64,000 bases of DNA from an uncultured Acidobacteriaceae bacterium (GTDB lineage Bacteria; Acidobacteriota; Terriglobia; Terriglobales; Acidobacteriaceae): the NCBI GenBank assembly GCA_963839075.1, contig CAWITO010000009.1:1306720-1370719 (forward strand). Direction: 5' to 3'. Below are positions 27,666-36,153 of the stretch, piece after piece. Below the pieces are notes generated by a model. That model saw only the letters and a list, made by a program, of their open reading frames with translations, did not search any database and had not been told where the DNA came from. Every line of letters begins with the position of its first letter. Within the stretch, counting starts at the first letter, position 1. Made by a program: the position numbers and the translations under genes.

Positions 27666-28301
27666 ATGCCCAAAAGTGAAGTCACCGATCTCATTACCGA
27701 TCAGGAAATAGCTTTTGCCCGCCTGATCCTTTCTGGAACCATGACCGATCGCGATGCCGCGAAAACTGCTGGTCTCAATCCCGAAACGGCCGCCTACACC
27801 AAAGCCAAACCCCGTGTCCGCGCCTACATGCTGGAGCACCGTGCCGCCGTCCAGCAAAGGCTCGCCGAGCAGGAAGCCGAGGGACAACGCCAGTTGAACT
27901 TGCTCCGTGAACAAGTGTTGAACCGCCTCTGGGAAATCGCCGCCTTGGGCCCCGAAATGACCCGAGGCAGCATTAGCGGCCAGGTCAAGGCCCTCTCCAT
28001 GATTGTGGCCATGGAGGGACTGATCCCTGACCCTCGCGCCGCCTCCGCGATAAAGAAATCCGTCCCTCGGTCCAACCCGTCGCAAATCGATAGCCCCGCG
28101 TGGACTCGCAGCCAGCATGAGGAAGCCATCGACTCCCAGCCAGGCCCTGCACTTGCCCCCGAAGAAGATGGGACCGAACTCGCTCACTACCCGGCGGCAA
28201 ACGAGCCTGAAATGCCACAAAACGGCCAAAAAATATCGAATTTTATAAAAACCACAGATTTCTCCACCGCGGCGGAGCCAGCAATGTCTGCACCGGCGTA
28301 A
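27666..28301 (+). CDS. Phage terminase small subunit-like protein (Terminase_2-like HTH)
   Basis: GGAG lies 8 nt upstream of the ATG. MPKSEVTDLITDQEIAFARLILSGTMTDRDAAKTAGLNPETAAYTKAKPRVRAYMLEHR...LLREQVLNRLWEIAAL...QVKALSMIVAMEGLI follows the TerS layout (F..Y......AA..AG....TA then ...KALELLGKHLG-like). Recognised from memory only. Confidence 0.55.
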   Translation: MPKSEVTDLITDQEIAFARLILSGTMTDRDAAKTAGLNPETAAYTKAKPRVRAYMLEHRAAVQQRLAEQEAEGQRQLNLLREQVLNRLWEIAALGPEMTRGSISGQVKALSMIVAMEGLIPDPRAASAIKKSVPRSNPSQIDSPAWTRSQHEEAIDSQPGPALAPEEDGTELAHYPAANEPEMPQNGQKISNFIKTTDFSTAAEPAMSAPA

Positions 28302-28332
28302 AAATGAAAAAAGAGCCGAAAACGCTGGGTGG

Positions 28333-28363
28333 CCCATTCAAGCCCTCCGTTGGCTTGAGTGGG
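28333..28363 (+). repeat. Hairpin element copy A (GGGTGSCCCAT family)
   Basis: CCCATTCAAGCC, loop CTCCGTT, GGCTTGAGTGGG: 12 bp with U-G at base pair 5. The 5' flank is TGGGTGG. Confidence 0.8.
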
Positions 28364-28564
28364 GTACACTCCGCCGCCGTCACATTACCAGTTCCGTCCT
28401 CGCGGCAGCGAACCCGCTCACTACCCGGCGGCAAACGAGCCTGAAGGCCACAAAACGGCCAAAAAATATCGAATTTTATAAAACCACAGATTTCTCCACC
28501 GCGGCGGAGCCAGCAATGTTTCCACCGGCGTAAAAATGAAGAAAGAGCCGAAAATGCTGGGTGG

Positions 28565-28595
28565 CCCATTCAAGCCTTCCGTTGGCTTGAGTGGG
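28565..28595 (+). repeat. Hairpin element copy B (GGGTGSCCCAT family)
   Basis: Same stem as copy A. The only difference is in the loop (TTCCGTT). Confidence 0.8.
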
Positions 28596-28634
28596 GTACA
28601 CTCCGCCGCCGTCACATTACCAGTCCCGGGGGCG

Positions 28635-30110
28635 TCAAAAATGAACGATCAGATCGCAGGCGACGATGAACTGACTTTGCCGTTTGCCACGGTCATAGGC
28701 CTTTCGATCCCAGGCACGATCGAAGCGAATCTCCGGCCGCATCTGCACCGTGCTCCCAATCCAGTGGCTTAGCATCAGCGTGTTCTCCGTGTACTTGGTA
28801 TTGACCCCGGTGCGCTGGCCCTTCTTGTCATTAAGCAGATCGCTGCGAAACCCGATAAAGTCGTGTGCCGACAACTGCTTCAGGACATAGTTGACGGCAG
28901 CATATTCCGGTGCAAGACAAGTTTGCTCCCCCGGCAGGCAAGTCGCCGCATTGGTATTGGGCTGAGGCTTGATCGAACCCAGGGTACTAGGCACATCGCG
29001 CTGATACATCACGTACACCTCGGTTGCGGTATGCCAGGTCTTGGAAAACTTGTGATACCAGGTGCCATCGTATTGCTGCACATTGTTGTAGGCGTATTTG
29101 CCATCGTTGATCCCGTTGAGACAGAGATACACATTGTCGTTTACCGACGCGGATGTGTGGCTCACGCAGGCGGTTGCTGAGGGCTTTGCGTCGTCTGTCC
29201 ATAGCGCGACATCGTGGCTTCCTGTCACGCCGGCTTGCACCAGCCACCGGTCGTTCAACTGAACTGTGGCCAGAACGCCCGTATCGGTGAACGGGTCGAT
29301 GGCGTACAGCAGGGAATGGCTGAACATGTAATTGTTCGGGGTGAGTTGCGCCTCGATCCCGGGGATGGAGATAAACCGCCCGATGCGGATGTTCATGCCT
29401 TTGGCTACCTTGGGCACATAGATATCGAGGTACTCGAGAATCGGGTCGAAGCCGTACTGGTGGTCATGCACCAGCAGCTGGCTGCTCAGGTAGCCCTTGT
29501 CGGTGGTGTATTTGTAGTCCGTGCCATAGAAAGCGGTGAGGTGGTAGCCAACATCCACATGTTCGCGTTGCACGGAATCCGGCAGTCGCTCGACGTAGAG
29601 AATCAGTTGATTCATCTCCAGGCGATTGGAATAGACATCGTTCGCCACCGGCGCATTGCTATTGGAGGACGTACTGAAGTTGACGGTAGGCTCAACCCAT
29701 CCATAGACCTTGGTGCGGCTGCGTGCGTTGTTCCAGGCAGTCATCAGCGGATAGCTATTAGTATCCGCCTCGCCGATCACCGGCGATCCGCCATACGACC
29801 AGTCGGAGTTGGGAAAGGGCGGCGAGTCGAGCGGCGAGGGTAGTCCACGCCTGGGAGGAGGCGGGCCCTGGGGCGCGGCGCCGGTGGGGTGCCAATCCTC
29901 ACGGTAGAACTGCGCCCACCGGGCGAAGAAGCCGCGTGGGGCGTCCGGCAGGGTTTGGGCCGAGCAGCTCGAGGTCATCCCGCTCGAGGCCATCCCAATG
30001 ACGAGCAGGGCCGCAGGTAGTATTCTCCTCCGGCCCAGGGCTAGAATGCCTGCCATGGCGCTGACCCGTAGAACCCTCTTGTCTCTTCCCATTGCTGTAC
30101 CTTTACTCAA
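28635..30110 (-). CDS. Outer-membrane beta-barrel porin (OmpL/BBP2-like)
   Basis: Signal-like N-terminus, alternating aromatic/polar strands, and a C-terminal ...IVACDLIVHF ending in Phe. The start is uncertain (Met at 30110, 30092 or 30056) because it overlaps the divergent neighbour. Confidence 0.7.
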   Translation of the reverse strand: MSKGTAMGRDKRVLRVSAMAGILALGRRRILPAALLVIGMASSGMTSSCSAQTLPDAPRGFFARWAQFYREDWHPTGAAPQGPPPPRRGLPSPLDSPPFPNSDWSYGGSPVIGEADTNSYPLMTAWNNARSRTKVYGWVEPTVNFSTSSNSNAPVANDVYSNRLEMNQLILYVERLPDSVQREHVDVGYHLTAFYGTDYKYTTDKGYLSSQLLVHDHQYGFDPILEYLDIYVPKVAKGMNIRIGRFISIPGIEAQLTPNNYMFSHSLLYAIDPFTDTGVLATVQLNDRWLVQAGVTGSHDVALWTDDAKPSATACVSHTSASVNDNVYLCLNGINDGKYAYNNVQQYDGTWYHKFSKTWHTATEVYVMYQRDVPSTLGSIKPQPNTNAATCLPGEQTCLAPEYAAVNYVLKQLSAHDFIGFRSDLLNDKKGQRTGVNTKYTENTLMLSHWIGSTVQMRPEIRFDRAWDRKAYDRGKRQSQFIVACDLIVHF

Positions 30111-31335
30111 CTTGGCAGCACGAGCGGCGACCGACAGCGAGGACTACTTTCCCCCGTCCGATGCTACTGGCGGATGGAGAACCCTGCACGACCCGTCGGA
30201 TATTCGCATGCGCACCGGCATTGACACAAATCGCCTGGATGCGGCCTTCCAGTACACCCAGACCTCCAGCCAGCATGGCGGTCTGCTCGTCGTGCGCAAC
30301 GGCTACCTGGTGTATGAGAGGTACTTCGGACGGGCCAGCAGGGAGGCGAATCCCAACATGTATTCCATCGGCAAGATGTTTACCAGTGCCGCCTGCGGGA
30401 TCATGTTATCGGAGCACAGCAGCCGCTTTCCTGAAGGCCTGGCGCAAAAAGTCTTTACCGAGACGTACCTTCCGCAGGCCTTTCCCCTCAGCTACTCCGA
30501 CATGGCGAACATCCAGCTCGGAAATTTGCTCACCATGACGTCTGGTATCCAGGCGGCGGCCGTTTCATCGGCCGGGCACTCGATCGGCATCGTTCACGGC
30601 GAAAACGTCGAGCTGCCGAACTGGGTTTCGCCTGATTCGCCGCAAGACCAGGATGGAAGCGCGCTGCATGGCAAGAGGTGGACCGGGCCGGGTGAAGGCT
30701 ATCTTTATTCGCGCGATCCTCACATCGCATCGATTGTTCTACGTGGGGTCGTGGGTATGGAGTTGCAGCAATATCTGGATCAGAAGCTCGCACAGCCGAT
30801 GGGCTGGGGCCGGTGGGGATTCGCCACTCATCGACCCAGCGGGAATCTCCCACACACTCCGGGCGAGGGAGGCATAGCCCTGCATTCGACAGACGCACTG
30901 CGCTTCGGCTATTTGCTGTTGAGAAATGGGCGTTGGGGCAATCGCCAGTTGGTGCCGGCGGACTACATGGCCCTTCTCAGCCGGCCTTCCCCGTTCAATC
31001 CGCACTCACCTTTCAGTTTGCAGTTCGAAGTGAATGCCAACGGCCATGTTGCTGGTGCGCCACGCGATGCGTTCTTCAAGTCGGGAGCCGGAGGATTCGG
31101 CCTGTACGTGATTCCATCGCTCGATATGGTGGTTTACAAGATGTCGTCGCTGAATGCCGAAACCTACGATCCAGCGGCTACGGGCCTGACCCTCACCTAC
31201 AGTCCCGATACAACCCGCGACGACTGGAAGCCGCACCCGTTCAACCAGTTTCTCGACGGCCCGATTGAAGGGGACTTGGGAGTACGCAGAACCCTGGAGA
31301 TGGCCGTAGCTGCCGTGGTCGCTCCCCAGGGTTGA
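30046..31335 (+). CDS. Serine hydrolase (beta-lactamase/esterase family)
   Basis: Twin-Arg-like leader MPAMALTRRTLLSLPIAVPLLNLAARA. SxxK motif in MYSIGKMFTSAACG. Confidence 0.8.
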   Translation: MPAMALTRRTLLSLPIAVPLLNLAARAATDSEDYFPPSDATGGWRTLHDPSDIRMRTGIDTNRLDAAFQYTQTSSQHGGLLVVRNGYLVYERYFGRASREANPNMYSIGKMFTSAACGIMLSEHSSRFPEGLAQKVFTETYLPQAFPLSYSDMANIQLGNLLTMTSGIQAAAVSSAGHSIGIVHGENVELPNWVSPDSPQDQDGSALHGKRWTGPGEGYLYSRDPHIASIVLRGVVGMELQQYLDQKLAQPMGWGRWGFATHRPSGNLPHTPGEGGIALHSTDALRFGYLLLRNGRWGNRQLVPADYMALLSRPSPFNPHSPFSLQFEVNANGHVAGAPRDAFFKSGAGGFGLYVIPSLDMVVYKMSSLNAETYDPAATGLTLTYSPDTTRDDWKPHPFNQFLDGPIEGDLGVRRTLEMAVAAVVAPQG

Positions 31336-31343
31336 CCGTTTTT

Positions 31344-32528
31344 TTAGGGCTGGACAGTCTCCACGGCATGATTGCCGTGAGTAATTGCCGCTGAGCACGT
31401 CGGCTGTCCGGCCGCCTTGAAGGGCGTGTTCTGAACCGCAGACAATGCACCCGTCGCGGGGTTCAGGAACAGACCCGAAACCGTATTTCCGAGGAAGTTC
31501 GCGGTATAGACATACCGCCCCTCTGCCGGTTCGATCAGGATGCAAAGCGGACCTGTATCGACCGCGTACGTGGTCGAGCCCGCGATCTGCGTCGCATTGC
31601 CGGTTGCGCGATCGATCGTGTAGGCGCTTACGTCATTCGCGTTGTAGTTGGCGACATAGACATAAATTCCGCGTGGATCAACCTCCACAGCGTCGGGAAG
31701 GTTATCCGTCTTGAACGGCGTCTGCATGTTGATCAACGTTCCGTTGCCCTGGACCGTAAAGCCAATCATCTGGTTCGCTGCGCCGTCGGTCACGTACATG
31801 AACTTGCTGGTCGGATCGCTGGCGATCGCATTGGGAGCCACACCGACCGGGTAGGTAGCAAACTGAGTAAGAGTGCCGTCGGAGCCGACCGAGAAAGCGG
31901 AGAGGGTGGCATCGCCTTGATTCACCGCGTAGACGTAGTTCCCGCTCGCCAGCACATTGACGCCTGTCGGATTCTTGCCCAAGGGGAAGTATCCGTTGGT
32001 ACCATTGGCAACCGGAGTGCACAAGCTTCCTGTAGCCCCGAGTCCACCGGTCGCATTGATGGGGAAAACGACCAAGGCGCCGGGACCCGGAATGCTGGTG
32101 CTGAAGTTTGGCTGGTAGGTCTCGACAATGTAGAGATATGTGCCTGCCTTGTTGACCGCCAGCTGCGTGGGATAGCTGCCGGGCATGTTGCAGGTCTGCT
32201 GCGGATACAACTTGCCGTCGGTACCGATGGCAAATTCCACCACGGTGTTGTCGTCGTGGTTGATCACATACAGATTCTTGCCGTTGGCAGAAGCAACATC
32301 CGCCACCGGATTACGGCCGCCTGAGGGATACGGGGAGTCGGCAATCGGGATCAACGCGCCGGCTTCGCTATCCACCTTGAAAACGTTGATCTGCCCCGGG
32401 TTGTTCTTGGAGGAGGTGACGTAAATAAAGTCAATCGTATTGCTGGGTCCGCACGCAGTAACACCGAATCCTAGACCAAGGGATACTACCGAGGCCAGTG
32501 CGATCCGGCCGAATTTACTGAACTTCAT
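31344..32528 (-). CDS. Beta-propeller lipoprotein (lactonase/YncE-like repeats)
   Basis: MKFSKFGRIALASVVSLGLGFGVTAC lipobox. Repeated ...YVxNxxxNxVSxF... blades (LYVINHDDNTVVEFA, VYVANYNANDVSAY, VYTANFLGNTVSGL). Confidence 0.75.
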   Translation of the reverse strand: MKFSKFGRIALASVVSLGLGFGVTACGPSNTIDFIYVTSSKNNPGQINVFKVDSEAGALIPIADSPYPSGGRNPVADVASANGKNLYVINHDDNTVVEFAIGTDGKLYPQQTCNMPGSYPTQLAVNKAGTYLYIVETYQPNFSTSIPGPGALVVFPINATGGLGATGSLCTPVANGTNGYFPLGKNPTGVNVLASGNYVYAVNQGDATLSAFSVGSDGTLTQFATYPVGVAPNAIASDPTSKFMYVTDGAANQMIGFTVQGNGTLINMQTPFKTDNLPDAVEVDPRGIYVYVANYNANDVSAYTIDRATGNATQIAGSTTYAVDTGPLCILIEPAEGRYVYTANFLGNTVSGLFLNPATGALSAVQNTPFKAAGQPTCSAAITHGNHAVETVQP

Positions 32529-32641
32529 GCGCTTCCTTCATCCTGGCCCAACTTAAAAATCGAGCAGGGCTGCAGCTCGCAGCAGAGCTAATGGGTAGAG
32601 TTCTCATTGCATTGTAAACTTTGGGGCCCGTTTTTATTGCT

Positions 32642-33964
32642 CTAGAACAACGTACCGCTGGCCACACACCACGTAGGTTGGCCGGTCACGGCAAACGACG
32701 ATTTCTTGCGCAGCGTGGTGAGCGTACCGGTGGTGGAGTTGATCACCGCGCCGGTCACCGTGCTGTCGGCAAAGTTCGCCGTGTAGAGATATTGGTTCGA
32801 TGGATCTTCCAGGATGCACTGCGGCTCCGAGCCGGAACCGAACACAACGCTGGTGGAACTCGCTCCACCGGAGAGCGTTGTCAATCTCCCCGTCGTCTGG
32901 TCGATGAAGTAGGCGCTCACCGAGCTTGCCGGGCTGGTCGGGGTCAAATTTGGACCCTTGTTGGCGAGATACAAGAACTTGTTTTGGTGGTCGACGATCA
33001 TCGGGCCGGGATTGGCGACGGTGCCGGTATTGTCTACCTGGCCGCCGACCAGCGATTGCAGTGCTCCGTTCGTGCCTACCGTGTAGGGCAATATCTGCCC
33101 AGCCGTCGAACCACCTTCGGTGTCGATCAGGTAGACATACTTGGCGCTGGCGTAGATGTAGCTGAGTGACGTAGCGCCCGTAGGGATGGGCGTATTCTGT
33201 GTCAGCGTCAACTGGCCGCCGCTCTGCGCGTAGACGAAGACCGACTGGGTTGGATCAGCGGAGCTGCCCGAACCGCCCTCGATGGTGTAAATGTACGAGT
33301 TGCTGGGAATGACGTAGAACATGATCGGTGCGCTGCCAACCGGAAAGTAAGTCAGGTTGGTGCCGGCCGAATTCTTCACTTGCTGGTTCGTGACCAGCGA
33401 GAGCCGCCCGGTATTGGGGTCGATGATGAACGAGGTGATGTCGCCGCAGACGGTCGCGGGATTTCCCGGTACGTAGCCTACGCAGGTGGTGGGATCGGTA
33501 ACAGTCGAATCGAGCACGAACAGGTGGGTTCCGGCAGAGTCAGTCTGCATCCAAATGGGAGCGTTGCCCTGGCTGGTGTAAGTCGTCTGAAAGCTCAGTG
33601 ATCCGCCGCCACCGACGGTGAAGAGCGAAATGTTCGCACCCATCTCGTCGGGAGGGGTATTCGCAGGACACGCAATTTGCCCGGTTCCACCGCAACCCGC
33701 ATTCAGAACGTAGAGAAAGCGGCCGGAATTGGCTATCAGCGCCTTGATAGGATTGACCCCTCCCGAGGCGTAAGGAGAGTTTTGCACCTGAAACAGGTTG
33801 CCCAGGTTGCTATCGATCTTGAATCCGGAAATCTGATTGTATTGCGAGCCGGTCACATAAAAGTATCCGACTGTGTGATCTGTACTGCAGGAGGTTACTC
33901 CCAACCCTGTTGCCAGGGAAACTACCAAGGCCAGAGTAGTCCGGCCGAATTTCCTGAACTTCAT
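32642..33964 (-). CDS. Beta-propeller lipoprotein, paralog of 31344..32528
   Basis: MKFRKFGRTTLALVVSLATGLGVTSC, with the same blade motif (LYTANFADSTVTGAV). The upstream RBS region is also shared (GGATGAAGGAA[A/G]CGCATG). Confidence 0.75.
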   Translation of the reverse strand: MKFRKFGRTTLALVVSLATGLGVTSCSTDHTVGYFYVTGSQYNQISGFKIDSNLGNLFQVQNSPYASGGVNPIKALIANSGRFLYVLNAGCGGTGQIACPANTPPDEMGANISLFTVGGGGSLSFQTTYTSQGNAPIWMQTDSAGTHLFVLDSTVTDPTTCVGYVPGNPATVCGDITSFIIDPNTGRLSLVTNQQVKNSAGTNLTYFPVGSAPIMFYVIPSNSYIYTIEGGSGSSADPTQSVFVYAQSGGQLTLTQNTPIPTGATSLSYIYASAKYVYLIDTEGGSTAGQILPYTVGTNGALQSLVGGQVDNTGTVANPGPMIVDHQNKFLYLANKGPNLTPTSPASSVSAYFIDQTTGRLTTLSGGASSTSVVFGSGSEPQCILEDPSNQYLYTANFADSTVTGAVINSTTGTLTTLRKKSSFAVTGQPTWCVASGTLF

Positions 33965-34087
33965 GCGTTTCCTTCATCCCGGTCGCTGTCGCGGTCTAGG
34001 GCTGCCTGTGCAGCTAAACTGTATAAAAAGTGGATCCTATCGCCAATTGTAAAAGCTATAACCACTTTCTGCTAGGGCAGCCCCCGA

Positions 34088-36139
34088 TCACCACACGCGG
34101 CAGGAGTTCTCCGGGTACATGGGAGCTCCCTTCTTACAGGCGAACGCCTTGCCGAACTCGTCGAAGTTCTGTACCGCGCCGTTTACCCGCCAATGCCCTG
34201 GGGAGTGGGGATCGGTAAGGGCGTAGTTGCGCGCCGTTTGCTCACGCACGTTCTCGCACCACACCTGGCCAAAGGCGAGAAAATAGCGCTGCGCTGGGCT
34301 ATAGCCGTCTATCTTCTTGGACGCGCCGTCGCCTTCCTTGGTTAGAGTGTCCATCAGCGCGATGTAGGCCAGCCGCAGACCACCGTTATCCGCCGTGTTC
34401 TCACCCAGGGTCAGGTTGCCGTTGAGTTTTACCCCCGGCACGGTTTCAAAGTTGCCATACTCCTTGGACTCACAGTCGGTGCGTTCGGTAAAGGCCTTGC
34501 GATCGGCTGGACTCTGCCATTCCTGCACGTTGCCATGGCCGTCGTACTTGCTGCCCTGGTCGTCAAAACCGTGCGTCATCTCGTGGCCGATCACTGTGCC
34601 GATCCCGCCGAAGTTGACCGCCGGGTCCTTGGAGAAGTCATAAAACGGCGGCTGCAGAATGCCGGCGGGAAAATTGATGTCGTTCATCGGCGGGCTGTAA
34701 TAGGCGTTGACCGTCGGCGGCGTCATTCCCCACTCCGTCTCGTCGACAGGTTTGCCCAGCTTGGCTAGATTACGGCGATCTTCGTACACCGTCGTCTGGG
34801 CGATATTGCCCAGCAGATCGTCTCGTTTGATTGTGACGGTCGAGTAGTCGCGCCAATGCTCGGGATAGCCGATCTTCTGCCGCATGAGCGCCAGCTTTGC
34901 CTGCGCGTTCTTTTTGGTTTCGTCCGACATCCAGGGCAGCTGTTGAATGTCTTCGCCCAAAGCCTTTTCCAGCGCCGAGACCAGCTTTTCCATGTTCTCT
35001 TTCTTCTCCGGGCTGAAGTACTTCTTCACCCAATCCTGTCCCACGGCCTCACCCAGTGCGTTGTCAGTGGCGCGGCTGCAGCGCTTCCAGCGCGGGGCAA
35101 TCTCCTGCTGGCCCAGGAGTTCGTGGCTGAAGAAGTCGAAGTTCTCCTGCACAAACGCATGCGACATCCAGGGTGCGGCGTCATGCAGAGCAAGCCAGCG
35201 CAGGTAGCTTCTCCAGGCATCCAGGCTCTGACTGTTGATCTGCGCGTTCATGGCGCTGAAGAAACCGGGAGTCATCACGTCCAAGGTCTGGAAGGCGCCC
35301 ATGTCGATGCCGTGCAGGTACTCCGGCCATTGAAAATCAGGAGTGAGGGCAGAAAGCTCGGCCAGCGTCATGATGTGGTAGCGCTTGGCCGGGTCTCTTA
35401 GATCGGTTCGGTCCATGGAGCCCTGGGCGAGCGCGGTTTCAATCGCCATCACATCCCGCGCTTCGTTGGCAGCCTTCTCCGGCGTATCGCCTGCCAGCTT
35501 GAACATCCTGCTCATATGGGCCACGAAATCTTCACGGATTTTCTGCATGCGCGCATTTTGCGCCAGGTAGTAGTCGCGGTCGGGCAGGCTCAAGCCGCCC
35601 TGGAAGGCCTGCGCGATCTGCTGGGTGGAGTCCTTCTGGTCCTGGCCAACGCCGAAGCCGTAAAGACCGCCTACGCCATAAGGAATCTCAAGCTTGCCCA
35701 GCACCGCAGCCAATTGCTTCTTGTCGTTCATGGCTTGGATGACATCGAACACCGGCTTGAGCGCGGCTACGCCCTTCTCATCGGCCAGTTGGGTGTTCAT
35801 GCAGGAGGCGAAGAAATCGCCGAACTTTTGTTCCAAGGGAGTTCGCGACGCGTCGGGCTTCGCCGCCGTCTCCAATTCGTGATAGAGCAGCCAGTTATTT
35901 CTTTCCCGCAGCAGGTCGAACTGGCCCCAGCGCACCTGGTCGGCTGGAATCGGGTTGTCTTTCTTCCAGTTCCCGCAGGCATATTGGTAAAAGTCCTGGC
36001 AGGGGTCCGCGGTCTTGTCGATCGCGGACAGATCGAAACTCTGCGGAACCTTGGGCTCGGGCGGGGCTTGTCGGCTGGTTTGGGCGGAAGCCACACAGCA
36101 ACCAAGCAGGAATGTGCTGGCGAGAAATGCAAACTTCAT
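34088..36139 (-). CDS. M13 family zinc metallopeptidase (PepO/neprilysin-like)
   Basis: Signal peptide. HEMTHGFD (HExxH) and the late ENTADNGG motif. 683 aa. Confidence 0.9.
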   Translation of the reverse strand: MKFAFLASTFLLGCCVASAQTSRQAPPEPKVPQSFDLSAIDKTADPCQDFYQYACGNWKKDNPIPADQVRWGQFDLLRERNNWLLYHELETAAKPDASRTPLEQKFGDFFASCMNTQLADEKGVAALKPVFDVIQAMNDKKQLAAVLGKLEIPYGVGGLYGFGVGQDQKDSTQQIAQAFQGGLSLPDRDYYLAQNARMQKIREDFVAHMSRMFKLAGDTPEKAANEARDVMAIETALAQGSMDRTDLRDPAKRYHIMTLAELSALTPDFQWPEYLHGIDMGAFQTLDVMTPGFFSAMNAQINSQSLDAWRSYLRWLALHDAAPWMSHAFVQENFDFFSHELLGQQEIAPRWKRCSRATDNALGEAVGQDWVKKYFSPEKKENMEKLVSALEKALGEDIQQLPWMSDETKKNAQAKLALMRQKIGYPEHWRDYSTVTIKRDDLLGNIAQTTVYEDRRNLAKLGKPVDETEWGMTPPTVNAYYSPPMNDINFPAGILQPPFYDFSKDPAVNFGGIGTVIGHEMTHGFDDQGSKYDGHGNVQEWQSPADRKAFTERTDCESKEYGNFETVPGVKLNGNLTLGENTADNGGLRLAYIALMDTLTKEGDGASKKIDGYSPAQRYFLAFGQVWCENVREQTARNYALTDPHSPGHWRVNGAVQNFDEFGKAFACKKGAPMYPENSCRVW

Positions 36140-36153
36140 ACTGCCCAGTGTAA

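Larger units (their letters stand above)
28175..28624. repeat. Tandem direct duplication: unit A 28175..28392, unit B 28409..28624, 16-nt spacer
   Basis: My hand alignment finds 7 substitutions and 2 single-nt indels over about 218 nt (about 96% identity). Unit A contains the last 42 codons of the TerS-like ORF. Unit B is frameshifted. Confidence 0.9.
27300..28634. mobile_element. Low-GC insert; possible degraded prophage or satellite remnant
   Basis: My hand count of 27361..27540 gives 78/180 = 43% G+C, against about 60% or more in flanking genes. The insert holds a terminase-small-subunit-like ORF and a tandem duplication. No integrase, terL or att site was recognised. Confidence 0.35.

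Noticed and set aside
27558-28337. 259-aa minus-strand ORF starting MGHPAFSALFSFLRR
   Set aside because: It is antisense to the better-supported TerS-like ORF, which has an SD and a domain-like sequence. Its N-terminus is simply the translated hairpin repeat.
28243-28615. Repeated small ORFs (MGHPAFSALSSFLRR..., MTAAECTPLKPTEGLNGPPS..., MKKEPKMLGGPFKPSVGLSG...)
   Set aside because: They arise from translating both strands of the duplicated unit and its hairpin. They have no SD, and their frames are broken between the two copies.
28175-28624. Possible CRISPR array
   Set aside because: There are only two copies of a 218-nt unit, with a 16-nt spacer. There are no short repeat/spacer periodicity and no cas genes in the window.
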